From positions 744,001 to 808,000 of the forward strand of contig JBLDXI010000019.1 of the NCBI GenBank assembly GCA_047495785.1: DNA of 64,000 nt, in the 5' to 3' direction. Below the pieces are notes generated by a model, which was given only the letters and a program-made list of their open reading frames with translations, searched no databases and was not told the origin of the DNA. The stretch's first letter is position 1; the number at the start of each line of letters is the position of its first letter. The DNA comes from Lepidodermella squamata. Lineage: Eukaryota; Animalia; Gastrotricha. The translations under genes were made by a program, and so were the position numbers. Positions 21,909-33,524 of this stretch are shown in pieces.

Positions 21909-24900
21909 TCACGTCGCCGCCTGCTCCTGTTGTTGTTGTTGTTGGTCGACATCTAGCTCGCCGTCCGCCTTATTGCGATCAGGCTCGTCGATGCAGTTCT
22001 GGTTGATCCCGTCACCCCCACCGTTGGTGCTGTCGTCACTGGTCGGCTTTTTGTTATTACTAATATTATTCACGCAATTTTCACCGGTACCGCCGTCGAC
22101 GGGCGACGTCGAACTGCGCAGGCGCTTCGTCTGTCCGCCTCTCGCCTGGTCGTCTTCCGCACACTCTTCCGCGCCACCGCCGCCCTTTTTCTTCTTACTC
22201 TTCCGCTCGCCTTCATTTTCCTCACCCTCGCTTTCCATATTTTCGTCGTCCGAGTCGGATTCGTAGTCAACCAGACTTGTCCGAACACTCGCTATTATAT
22301 AACAAATCCGTCTTAAAAAACTTTTTCAATTACAAAAAATCGCGACAAACTTGTAGACGGAGATGGCGAGGCGGCTGGTGAGATTTTGCCGGTGCCCGAG
22401 CTGACGTTGATCGAAATGGTAAGAGCAGAGGTCGAGCGTTTGATGCCACCCGACGTCACAGATGTGGACGACGAGAACGACGCCGAGGTTGTCGATGTCG
22501 ATCGCGTCGGCGGCAACACGTCATCATCGGCCCGCGCTCGTCGCGCCTCAATCATACGCAGGTGCATTTGGTCCAACACAGCCTCAGAATTGTCATTGGC
22601 TAAACAATATTTTTTAAAGAAATCCTCCTTAACAAATTCAATTTTTCATTACCTTGGGGAGACAACGAACGTGATGCCGGGGCTGAACGAGGTCGGGCAT
22701 TTCGCTCATTTTCGTCGCCCTCAACCGGGTCTATCGGGGTGCCGTTGGTCAGCACTCCGGCGACGCTCGGGTCAGCCAGCGACTCGCCGCCCTGGTGGAT
22801 CGCGTCCGAGTTGGGCCCGCTCGGTTCGTCCGTCTCAAACCACCGTTCATCGTCTTCGATGCCGAGATCATCGTCGTCGAGGTAGGAGGAGGCGCCCGAC
22901 CGCCCGGTGCCGTTCGTGCTAGGCGCCGCGCTACTGTTATTGCCTGCGCTTGCCGCCGAATTCGGCCCCGAGTTGCCGTTAGAATTCGCTGTCGAGCGTT
23001 GTTGTTGCTGCTGTTGCTGTTGTTGTTGTAGCAACACGCTATTGCCGTTGCCCATACCAAGGCGCATGATAGAAGAAAGACCGGCTAGAGAGGGAAGGCC
23101 CTGAAACATAACCAAATTGCATTATTATCAAAATGAAAATTTGACAATAAAACTAAACGAAATAGAAAAAATCCGTTGAGGGTCCTTATTGCATTTTTAA
23201 CGGATCGGATATGTCCATTAAAATTGAAATAATTTTGAAAAATTTTAATTAATTTTTTTTCAATTATTTAAAATTTAATCGGGTCACGAATTTGAAGCTT
23301 GACTCTTATTAGCATCATTTTCCCTTCATTTTTTCAACTAAATTCATTCAGAAGAGTAATACTCACCTGAGAGGCGTAGTGTAGCTGAGCACGCGAGTTG
23401 GCTGATGTCCACCCTGACCCGGGTGAACTCATAGCCGGGTCTGGGGATGTAACAGCGATGTGTCGCGGCGTGGTGGCCGCCTGTTCGCGGACGATAGCCG
23501 CTCGTTCGCGCATCCAAGCGAATGTCCCTAACGGGTCGGGCCGGTTCGCGTTCGGCGGCAGTTTTTCGCTGAATCGCTCGATGAGATGGCAGACGAGCTC
23601 GTCGATGGTTTCATTTCGGATGAATTGAAACAGCTCGTGGTAGGCGGATCGCAGCATGTTGTCACGGCCGTTGGCCAGCATGCCGTCGACAACGGGTTCG
23701 AACAGCGAGTTCGAGATCACGTGGTCCGTGTACGTCGGGTCTTTCAGCCCGATGGTGCGGCGGAAGAATCGCAGCGACGAAAGTATCAGCATTATGTGAC
23801 GCGATTTGAGCAGGACGAGCACGCGGCGAATGAGATCGCGCGATATTATGTACCTGAAACGAATAGAACCGAATAGAAACACGAAAATATTAAAATAACG
23901 ATTCTGGATACAAAATTTGTTTCTGACAGTCCTATTTGTTCTCATGTTTTCAATTCGAAATCGCAATTCGGCTGTTTTCAATTCAAATCAATTGCGAGCG
24001 GAGTTTCAGCCTAAACTAAGGACAGGTTTTTATCTCAACAATACTCTAGTTTGAAAAGAATTCAGTCATCCGAGACCAGATCCGAGAAAATTACTATACC
24101 CTATATACCCTAATTAACTCCGATCGATGAATGCCCTCTCTTTCAATGAATTTCTCCCCCCATTATCTTACTTAAATAAATACTGAAGCTTTAGCAACAG
24201 CTTTGTTTACAGCTCAAGATACCTCAATCACGGTGATCGAAATTAGTCATGAAGGGGCGTGCGTTCAGCCTAAAACACATTGATTGTCTGAATCTAATCC
24301 GGTGGTCATGCTCAAATAAACTAAGCGCCGGTTTTCCTTGAAATTAGGCAAATGCAAAATTGTGTACGCATCAAAATGATGAAGCAGTGGGGAATTTCTA
24401 TTGGACCATGATAAAATGCGATAACTCATAAAAACTGAATGAACTAAAACTTCAAGGCTGGTTGAGATTTAGGCCTAAAAACTCAATTTTTATCCAAAAG
24501 CTCGAGTTTTTCATCTCAAAATGGCGATAGTGAACGCTACCAACGCAGTGATCTAATGTCTAATCTTGTAAAGATATCGGTCCTATTCTCGTCTCAACGA
24601 ATTTCGAAACTATTTCCTCAAAGAATGATGCTTTTACCTGCGAATATGCGGCCCGTGCACTTCGAGGCAAAATGTGAGCAGTTCAACGATTAGATTCAGC
24701 TGAAGGGCGGTTTTGTAGTCGTCACGACTTGGTTTCTTGCCGTCCGCCGTCACGGCCAGCAGCGGCGCCACCAAAGCGTGCATGCAGTTTTTGTAGAAGA
24801 GCGCGAGAAAGTCGACCTTCTCCATGCGATTCGCCGACGACGTCATCATATTTTCAGGGTCGAGCAACAGCCGCAGCAGGTTGGCGAGGTGGAAGGCTGA

Positions 24901-27900
24901 GCCGAGCTCCGGGTCGTTGTCGTTGAGCAGTTCGGCGATCACCAGCGAGATCAGGCCCTCGTCGGCTGGCGCGGACTGGCCGTTCGCTTCTTCGCTCGCC
25001 GACGAGTGCAGCGCGTAGTCGCGAATCATCGACGGCGAGAAATCGACGAGCGATGCGAAAATGTCAATAGCGGCCTGGCGAATTTCGAGCGACTCAAGAC
25101 CCTACAAAATAATTAATATAAAAACAAATTATCACCCTTATAAATAAAAAAAAGTGCAAGATTCGATGATCTATTCTCAGGTAAAGGCCTCTTTTCTTAC
25201 CCAAGTTGAAAATCACTCCATTTTCATGAAAAAAGTTAAGAAATATTTCGGGATAATCCCAAAAAACCCGGCTAACAATTAGGAATAAAAAAATCGAATT
25301 TTCTAGAATTTCAAAAAATACGGTATATAACCGAGGAAAAAGTATTTGGAAAGTGGGTCCAATTAGATGAAAAAATGCAACAGCGAAATAAAATATAAAA
25401 ATGAAACTTACGAGTAGTTGCTCGATAGCAGCGCATATTTTGTGGTCATTGAGCCGTTTAATGAAATCAGCTCTTTGTTCAGGTTGCAAACTGTGGGCGT
25501 AATTGCACAGCTCACGCAGGAGAAGAACAAGTTCTAGCCTGTGCTCGTCTGAGATTAACTTCCCAGGCACCGGATGCTCAACAGGCTTCTTATCAGAGTC
25601 TTGCACGTGGTTAGTGTCCAGCCCGTTTTTCAACTTGCCATTCGGCTTGCCATCAGGCGCCGCCTCGTCATCACTGCCGTTGCCGTTTTTCATCGGCTCG
25701 TCTTGAGATTTGCTGCTGCTATTAATATTATTGTTAACGTTATTGCCCCCGCTGAGTGATACATCCTTCTCGGAGCCGGTCGGCGTGCTAGCGATAGAGG
25801 TGTGGTGGCTGTTGCTGTTGAATTCGGAACTGTCCTCCGGGATAGACGACGTAGTCGAGGTCGAATCGTCGCAATACGTCGCCGACATGAGTTGGCGAAA
25901 TAACTGGTCCAAAAATGGCCCGTCGCTCTGTATCGACATGACTATGTCCATTTTGTTGAAGTAGATCTGCGAAGAAAGCGCCGACAACGTGGTATCCGTG
26001 TCGAGAATTGTGAGCGGCAATGGCTGAACGACATCCTAGATGAAAAAAATTATATAGATTTGCTATTTTTATCAACGACCAAATTCGCATTCGAGCTCAA
26101 AATTGGCTCTAGTCACGTAAATTCAAGAATAAGATTCGCGGAAATTTACGTTTAAACAGGTTTTAATTTTTTATAAATGTTCTGCCCTTACTCGCTCTCG
26201 AGGCCCCAAAAAATATCTTAGCTTGTTTTCTGTAACTCAAAGCTGGAAAATTTCCCAGAAGTTATCCACATTTCTGAGTCAATGGATTTTGTTAATTTTC
26301 AGAATTTGAAACTCGAAATTACAAAAATATACCAAATTTTTGGGTTCCAGCACTCAATTCGAGGCTCAAGCACTACGGGCTTTCGAGCTTGAAGTCTCAT
26401 CAGGATCTCATTATTATCATGCCTAATCGAAAAACTCACTACAGTGGAACCCCGATTTCCCGTCAGACGGGAAATCGCGACATGTAAATATTTAGGAGTG
26501 ACTTGGAACCGAAGAGGGCAATTACACGCAAAACTACCTAGATTTCCCGTCAATTTTGATTTCCCGCCAGGATTTACGTGGAACCGCAGAAGACGGGAAA
26601 TCGGGGTTCCACTGTATTCTGTTTTCGCCTATGACGGTCATTTCACGATCTGCTCTTAAGCAGGCTAGGATAATTTCCATACCTGGGTGTAACACGTAGC
26701 TAAATAAAAAAAATTCAAAGTAGTCATTACCGACCAAACAAAAAATGTAGCAAAAATTTTGCGTTGGAATCTCAAATTTAAAATATGTACAGAATTAAAA
26801 TTGAAAAGCTTTGAAACTTTACAATTTTTCCGAAACTCCAAAACAGGGATTTCAGTTTTTGAAATGCACAGAATTGGCCATAAGGGACAATAACATTATT
26901 GTCAACCGTCGCCTGTACAGTCAGATCCTTTTTTACTGCGTCAATCTCTATTAACTGTTTCCGCCTTAAATTAATCGAATTTGTACCCAATCTGTGTCTT
27001 CTGGTAACTGACAGTCATTGCACTGCCAGCGGAATGTAATTTTTTCAAGTAAACAATGTGTCTGAAGCTTATGAACTACAATCAAAGGCAAAAACTTAAT
27101 CACCTCAGACCATCGATGAAACGATTACTCGAGAGAATTAATGAGGTGTGAAATTACCTGAATGTACTGAAGACGGAATGTGCGCTCAATTTTGGCTAGT
27201 AACTCCTTGTTTTTGATAGGCAGCACCTGGTGAAAGCGAGCGCGGTCGCAGAGGAACTTGCGGTGGCCGGCCTGCTCTTTCAACGTCGGATCATACTCGA
27301 GAACGCCGACAACATCCATCACAATAGCATCGGCAAGCATAATATCAAGTAATGAACTCCGGTTCAAATGAAACAACATTTTAATAATTTCGTACAATTT
27401 CACCAAAATCTCGGTACTCTCGAGGTCTTCAGCCATGCGAAAAATTTGCGTTAGTTTTTGAATGTAACCGCCCGATTCAATGGCATTTGCCAATTTTTCG
27501 CGCCGATTCGGCAGGCGCGAGTTGTCGCGAATCGCTGTTAACAAATCGTCGAGATGAGCAAGGTCACATGGGGGCAGGGCGAGGGCAGATGCCGACCCGG
27601 TCCGGCCCATACTGCTGCGGTTGTGCCCGCTTTGGCCGTTGTCCTTCGGCGAGCCCTCGACCTCATCGTCCCCGGTCGATTTCACCGAGGCCGGTTTGCC
27701 GTGAACCTGGCAAATTTTCGCCCAAATCTCATCGCAACCGGCCGCCTCCTGGAAACTCAACGCCAAATTGTTCTGCGCTTCATTGTCGAACCATACAATG
27801 AGCGTGTCCTGCTGCTTCTGGTACGCCACGTCAATGTCGATTTTGGTGTCGAGCAGCGCGGACGAGTCTGCCTCCGAGTTGACCAGCAAGTTCATGTCCG

Positions 27901-28018
27901 TCTGGTTCTGGGCCATGACAACGGCCACGTAGCCGGTGCCGCCGTCGTCCCATTCGTTCTCCTCGTTCAGCAGGTACAGCTTGACACGGCGCCGTACCGT
28001 CACCTCTTCACGTTCCAT
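21909..28018 (-). CDS. PPP4R3: Protein phosphatase 4 regulatory subunit 3 (SMEK/falafel)
   Basis: EVH1-like N-terminus RRRVKLYLLN...WDDGGTG...YQKQQDTLIVW...ALSFQE; LLDPENM; C-terminal SLVDYESD. Exons 28018-27158, 26035-25412, 25101-24638, 23853-23367, 23100-22653, 22599-22351, 22291-21909. Confidence 0.93.
26442..26614. mobile_element. Tc1/mariner-type MITE in a SMEK intron
   Basis: Perfect 23-bp TIRs CAGTGGAACCCCGATTTCCCGTC (26442-26464 and 26592-26614), TA on both sides, 173 bp long, no transposase. Confidence 0.88.
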
Positions 28019-28507
28019 CTACTGAGGCAGCCAAAACGGAATCAAATAATAAAAACTAAATTGATGACAAAAATCCCAATTTCGTTAGACGAATTTTTCT
28101 TATACAATCAAACCAACAAACAAATAGTTGTAGTAGCAAATAATGAATGACGATAGAGCTTCATAAGATCTAAAATGCACAGTGTGAATACAAAGAAGGC
28201 CTTATTTAACAGTTTGAGCGATTTTTTTCCATCATTCTTGACAAGGTTGATATTCGATTTTGCAGCAATTTCGCTCAGCGGGTATGGAAGTAGGTAACAT
28301 CAATTAGGCACATGTCAACTCAAAAATTTAAAGCTTAAACCAGTTTTCCATTAGAATCTCACAAAAAAATCAAAAAGGGTGCCAAGGTGCTCGCGTACCG
28401 TCATCCGTATACGAAATGAAAAGAATTTTGGAAAATATTGTGCAAAAAAATTTCAAGATTCAATTACAACTTTTGATGTCCCAAATTATTTCGCATACGC
28501 ATGATGA

Positions 28508-29788
28508 CTAATTATGCACCGGTTCAACGGATAATTCAAAAGCGGGGCGCAATTCCAAGCTGTTGAACACACCCCTCTTAGACGGGGGAACATCAGCAAC
28601 AAGGGTTTTATACAAATAATTTATCATATCAGCATTTGATAACGCAGCGAGATGTTCGACTTTGTCTAGAACATAGTGATGGATGGGCTGCTTTTGCTTG
28701 TCTTGCCACAGAAGGCAGCCAGTCAACGATCTGGAGATTACAGTGCCGTCTCCGTCACCGAAAATTACGTTCGGTTGTGTATCAGGCCATTTCACTTTAT
28801 CATTCCATATAAACTGAGTCGGGGTCGGAACTCCGGCGCCGTGGACGCAGTGCACCTCGACATCAGGCGGGATCAGGGGGTTCAACATGTTTCTCGAATC
28901 TTGAAACATTTGCCAGTATGAGCTGATGTTCAAATCGTAGTACAACTCCTTCAAATTATCGAGTGTGTAGTTTTTGATATTTCCATTTATCGCTATTACG
29001 TCAGAGCTGTTCCAATATTCTGGTAGAGAAATCAGAAAATGAGTGGTCGGCAACGAGCGCTGGGCATCTCGGACAACAAGCGGGGTCATCGCGAAAATTC
29101 CAAATGTATCTCCTGAAACAAGAGCTCGAATCGGTTTGATAGTACCACCCCAAGGCCCGCCTATTGAGACCAGCCGGCGAATGTATTTATCTTTCCAGGC
29201 AGCTGGTTTGCTATGTAGAAGGTATAATATCATACTATTCCCCATACTGTGGGCGACCAGTGTGACAGGGGTGTTGTTATTGCTGGTATAGGCATACTCT
29301 ATCAACGTGCTCATATTTTTGAACCAGTCCTGCTGTTCGTTCAAGGCCCTACGGAAATCGTACGGAGCTCCGAAAACTGTTACATTCGACTTGTAGCCCA
29401 ATTTTTTAGTCATCATAGTTAAAATCGGGGCGAAATAACTTGTAAGGTATACGTGGTAGCTTTCAAGCCATGCGATAGTTTCCGTATCACCGAAACCAGG
29501 CGCCCGGACTTGAACGCCGGGCGAGTCTTGAGTCGAGCGGGTATTCACATCGTAGACCAGTCGTAAATTATCAGCAAAACAAGGCAGACTGACAGGGGTG
29601 AATTCTTCGAGTGACACCCATAGATCAACGTAATCTGCACTGGTTTTCACGCAAAATCGGCTGACTGTCGAAGATTTGTTGAGCTTGGCTTGAAGCCGCG
29701 ATCCTCCGTCACCCGGAATCAAAATAACCGGCGATAAACCAGCTTCAACCGCATAAATTAGCGCCGAGAAAACAGCAAACAATATCAT
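28508..29788 (-). CDS. PLA2G15: Group XV phospholipase A2 / LCAT-family lipase, single coding exon
   Basis: Signal peptide; PVILIPGDGGSRLQA; GAPYDFR; nucleophile AHSMG; GDGDGTV; EHL catalytic His. Confidence 0.9.
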   Translation of the reverse strand: MILFAVFSALIYAVEAGLSPVILIPGDGGSRLQAKLNKSSTVSRFCVKTSADYVDLWVSLEEFTPVSLPCFADNLRLVYDVNTRSTQDSPGVQVRAPGFGDTETIAWLESYHVYLTSYFAPILTMMTKKLGYKSNVTVFGAPYDFRRALNEQQDWFKNMSTLIEYAYTSNNNTPVTLVAHSMGNSMILYLLHSKPAAWKDKYIRRLVSIGGPWGGTIKPIRALVSGDTFGIFAMTPLVVRDAQRSLPTTHFLISLPEYWNSSDVIAINGNIKNYTLDNLKELYYDLNISSYWQMFQDSRNMLNPLIPPDVEVHCVHGAGVPTPTQFIWNDKVKWPDTQPNVIFGDGDGTVISRSLTGCLLWQDKQKQPIHHYVLDKVEHLAALSNADMINYLYKTLVADVPPSKRGVFNSLELRPAFELSVEPVHN

Positions 29789-29892
29789 TCAATAAAATAT
29801 CTATAAGTATGCGAAGAAAAAATTGTCGAATTAATTGCAGTTTCATTGAGCGAAAAACTGAAAGACATGTAAAATAGAAAACAAAGCAGCAG

Positions 29893-32619
29893 TTATTTCT
29901 TCTTTTTCTCCTTGGAATGTTTTTTCGAATGCTTACCCCGCTTGTGTTTTTTGTGTTTTTTCTTTTCCTTACTTTTCTTCTTTTTAGACGATTTTCCCTC
30001 ATCGATATCTTCCCACTCAGAGTCGCTGCTTATCACCTGAACATCATCGTCGTCATCGCTATAAGAAGATGAGCTGTTATCATCGATTGTATGGATAGTT
30101 GGGGCACCAACTATGAGGTGAAGCGGCAATTTTGGACCGAATTCGTTAGGTTCTTGGCTTTGAGGTTTAGGCGGCAATTCGTTTCGAGGCTCCGAAATTT
30201 TGTTTTGGCGAACAGCAGGTTCGCTAGGCGTGGGAACAGGGGCTGGCTTTGATGGTGGTTTAGCTGCTTGAGATCCGAAGATTCCAGCTAAAAACGCGCT
30301 AATGCCTTCCTCTCTTCTAGCTTTTTCGGTACTTTCTGTCGCTACCGGTTCAGGTTCAGGAACAGGTTTAGGTGAAGGGCGGCGAGGCGGCTGTACAGTA
30401 AACTCCTCAGGTACCTCTTCGGCCGCAGCAGGTGGGGGTTCTGTATTATCATCTTCAGCCCCAGATTCGTCTCCGAAAATAGCAGCAAAAATATCCATGG
30501 AGGGTCTTTGATCTTCCTCTTGAGCTGGCTCGTCGCCGCTTGTTTGAGAGACATTTGCCGCGTCTTCACTCTGCGAAGTATTAGGCTCCTCTCGGCTCTC
30601 GTTGGCGATCGATTCCTCCGCTTTTTTAGCCTTATTCGACATAGACACATTAGGTGACGCACCTTCAGACACATTCAAGAAGTTGAAAATCGAAAATTTG
30701 CTCTTCCGAACTTTTGGTAGACCGACGACTTGCGAGTCAGGGTATGGATTTTTAACGTTGAAACGCTTGCACAATACAGGCGCTGGGTGCCACTCGAGGG
30801 TAACGCGAGTCAAGTTACCAAACATTTTCATGTTCACCGCGTTCTTCTTTTCGGCCAAATCGTCGTTTATTTCATCGCGATTTACCTCGACAGTTGTATC
30901 ATCATCACCAGTAGTTGTGTTGGTAGCCCGGGTGAAACGCTGCGATATAGACCACGAAAGAGGTTGAAGTAGCCTTGCAGCTCTTTCAAATTGCTCCCGC
31001 TCTTGCTGCTGTTCCCATTCTGTCATACCAGTAGGGAGATCAAGGTCAGAGTAGTCTTTGTTGATTTGTTTGAATTGAAGAAATGCTTCGTATCTACTTT
31101 GTTTCTCAGGGTCTGACGCAAAAGGCTTGCTAGGGTCGAACTGCTTGAGCGGCGTACTTGAAATATTGTGTTTTTCAACTTCTTCGTATTCTTCCATCAA
31201 CTTGGGTTTAGTTGCCGCAACAGCATTGTCCAATTTCATCTTATCCTCGGGCCTAATGTAGTCAAAAACTGAGGATTTCTTCTTCTCTCCTAGAATAGAA
31301 TCGTCGCCTGAGTCAAGAATAGCAGCACGAGTCGAGGCAGTTAAAACTTCGCGCTGATCAAACCGGCTTCGACTTGGAGCAGGACTGGCTGAACTTGGAT
31401 TTTGAGAAATGTATCCTCGCACTGGTCTGTAATTAGGTGGAAGTTGTGGGAGAGTAACGTTTTGGCGTCGGAAAAATGTTTTAGAACTAGCTGTAAAGCC
31501 ATCAATGGTTCCGGGCTGCTTCGACTTACCAGGCGCCGTCAAGGCAGGGGCTGTCCAGCCTGAGAAAACATTCTTAGCAGCCTCTTTCTCGTCTTTGTCT
31601 CCCAATGCGAAATCGTAGTTTTTCAACGAATCCGATCCATAAATATCACTGTCTTCGGGATCTTCACCTTCAAATCCTACACCGAATGCTTGACCTCGAA
31701 TGCCACGTTTCCCGATGTTTGAAAATAAGCCTGACGAAGATTCCACAAAGCTGTCATCTGCGCTCATGCCAGAATATCCCAATCCATGCAGGTCAGATTT
31801 TGGTTTATAGGAATAAGAATTCGCCTCTGCCAGTTGAACGCCACTCTTGACGGTCGAAGGGGTTTCCACTTTTTCTGTCAAATCTTCAGCAGATAATTCG
31901 AATTCGTCATCCTCGGGAGGGAGCGAGCATCCGTAGATCTTTTCACTGCCGCCAGACGACGATGAGGGTTTTGAAATAGGAACTGCCTTCAAATCCTTCA
32001 CAAACTTGGAGCCCACTCCTTGACCATGCCTCCAGCCCATTGAGGTCAGCAAACGAAAGCCGATATTAGACTGTGCAGGAGCAACAATATTAGCTAGACT
32101 TGATGCAAGCTCAGGAATAGCCGTCTCTGGAAGACGTTTGGCAGCATCAGCTGTAATTTTCTCAGCACGGAGAATGGAGCCGAACTGATCTGAGGCCCGA
32201 ATTTCACGAGGGGCAATGCCATGTTCAGAAACATCTTCATCGTCCATGAAATCATGAGCCTTCTGGTCTTTCAGCTGAGCGCGGCTCTGCCGGCTGGAAA
32301 CAAAGGTGCTGGGAGTGAAGCCTTCCTTTGAACCTACGGTATTGAAATAACCAGCAGAAAAGCCACCGGTGAATGCTCCATGCAATCTCGGCATATCACT
32401 ACCAGGCATAATTCTCTCCCCATGCACGCGAGCTTGAACGACAGGTCGCGAATCTTTTTTAGCAGCAGCGTCGAAGTCTTCGATTTCAGGAAGGGGTGTG
32501 CCAATGGAGACGTACGTCTCCTCGCGCTTGTTCGCTCTTTTCTCACGCCGCTTAGCTTCTTCCGGGTCGACATCTTCATCACTGTCGATTTCTCCATCGA
32601 AATATCTTATTTTAGGCAT
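29893..32619 (-). CDS. GPATCH1: G-patch domain-containing protein 1
   Basis: RLHGAFTGGFSAGYFNTVGSKEGFTPSTFVSSR; G-patch IGFRLLTSMGWRHGQGVG; EWHPAPVLCKRFNV; RPSMDIFAAIF; Lys-rich tail. Probable ATG at 32619. Confidence 0.93.
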   Translation of the reverse strand: MPKIRYFDGEIDSDEDVDPEEAKRREKRANKREETYVSIGTPLPEIEDFDAAAKKDSRPVVQARVHGERIMPGSDMPRLHGAFTGGFSAGYFNTVGSKEGFTPSTFVSSRQSRAQLKDQKAHDFMDDEDVSEHGIAPREIRASDQFGSILRAEKITADAAKRLPETAIPELASSLANIVAPAQSNIGFRLLTSMGWRHGQGVGSKFVKDLKAVPISKPSSSSGGSEKIYGCSLPPEDDEFELSAEDLTEKVETPSTVKSGVQLAEANSYSYKPKSDLHGLGYSGMSADDSFVESSSGLFSNIGKRGIRGQAFGVGFEGEDPEDSDIYGSDSLKNYDFALGDKDEKEAAKNVFSGWTAPALTAPGKSKQPGTIDGFTASSKTFFRRQNVTLPQLPPNYRPVRGYISQNPSSASPAPSRSRFDQREVLTASTRAAILDSGDDSILGEKKKSSVFDYIRPEDKMKLDNAVAATKPKLMEEYEEVEKHNISSTPLKQFDPSKPFASDPEKQSRYEAFLQFKQINKDYSDLDLPTGMTEWEQQQEREQFERAARLLQPLSWSISQRFTRATNTTTGDDDTTVEVNRDEINDDLAEKKNAVNMKMFGNLTRVTLEWHPAPVLCKRFNVKNPYPDSQVVGLPKVRKSKFSIFNFLNVSEGASPNVSMSNKAKKAEESIANESREEPNTSQSEDAANVSQTSGDEPAQEEDQRPSMDIFAAIFGDESGAEDDNTEPPPAAAEEVPEEFTVQPPRRPSPKPVPEPEPVATESTEKARREEGISAFLAGIFGSQAAKPPSKPAPVPTPSEPAVRQNKISEPRNELPPKPQSQEPNEFGPKLPLHLIVGAPTIHTIDDNSSSSYSDDDDDVQVISSDSEWEDIDEGKSSKKKKSKEKKKHKKHKRGKHSKKHSKEKKKK

Positions 32620-33369
32620 TTCTAAACAAATAAGTAATGATAACATAAAATCGAAATATCAAACATAAGTAATCGTGCATGAATGTGTAAAGTCCTAACT
32701 GCTGCATGCTAAAACGATCTGCGAATTCTGAAGGAGAATTGCGGAAAACTAATTGCAGCAAGCCAAACAACCAACATAGAAGCAAACTGCAACGGCTAAA
32801 GAGATGATTTCAGATGATTGGCATAAGCATCAGCGGATCAGTCGTGATAAGCAAATCCTAAACCTGACTCGGCTCAACGTAGCCACCAGCCGCCAGGCCA
32901 CAGGGCACAGAAAAAAGAAACGTTCTCTTTAAAAACTTGAAATTTGAAATTTCGCATCAAAGTGAGCACATAAGAAAACAGGAAAAGCGACGACATCGAG
33001 CTTTTTAGTCATAAAGCCTTTACAAAGCATCACCCTGTCCAAGAAGAGAGCGAGATGGTTGCAGCGTAGCAGTGCACCCCCGTTATTTTTTATCTTTGGC
33101 AAGATGGCTACATCTTGCAGAAGAGGATAAATATTTGGCATTTGGCAAACACATCCTATTTGGCTGCACATAGTCTTGTGTCTTGTGTTTTGCGTACTTC
33201 TTTTTGAGAAAGCTGCATAAAAAATGACCTGAACTCAGATATAAAGATTTGTTTAAGAAAATAAATATACACATATAATATCATACATAATTTTTTAAAT
33301 ATCTCAAATTAAAAAATATTTTCTAATTATTATGGTAACAAGAAAATGTATTCAATCCAATCAAAAGGT

Positions 33370-33524
33370 GCAGGGTTAGTCCTTCGAACCGAGAAGAGGT
33401 TCGGGGACGGGAAGTAGGTTTCTGAACTACTTTCCGTGCCTTCCCTGTCGGTTTCCAAGATCCTGGCTCCGTTTTTTCGCCTCGAATCTTGCTATCAGCT
33501 CTTAGCTCTCCAATAGCAGAACCG
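33370..33524 (+). ncRNA. Candidate structured non-coding RNA (two consecutive three-way junctions), family unassigned
   Basis: Six nested stems read by eye, with G-U pairs on the plus strand; GC-rich island next to AT-rich DNA; no ORF. Confidence 0.4.

Noticed and set aside
33372-33379. AGGGTTAG (CTAACCCT on the minus strand) as a telomerase RNA template
   Set aside because: Only 8 nt. G-U pairing favours the plus strand, and the minus-strand downstream sequence is unstructured AT-rich DNA with no visible pseudoknot.
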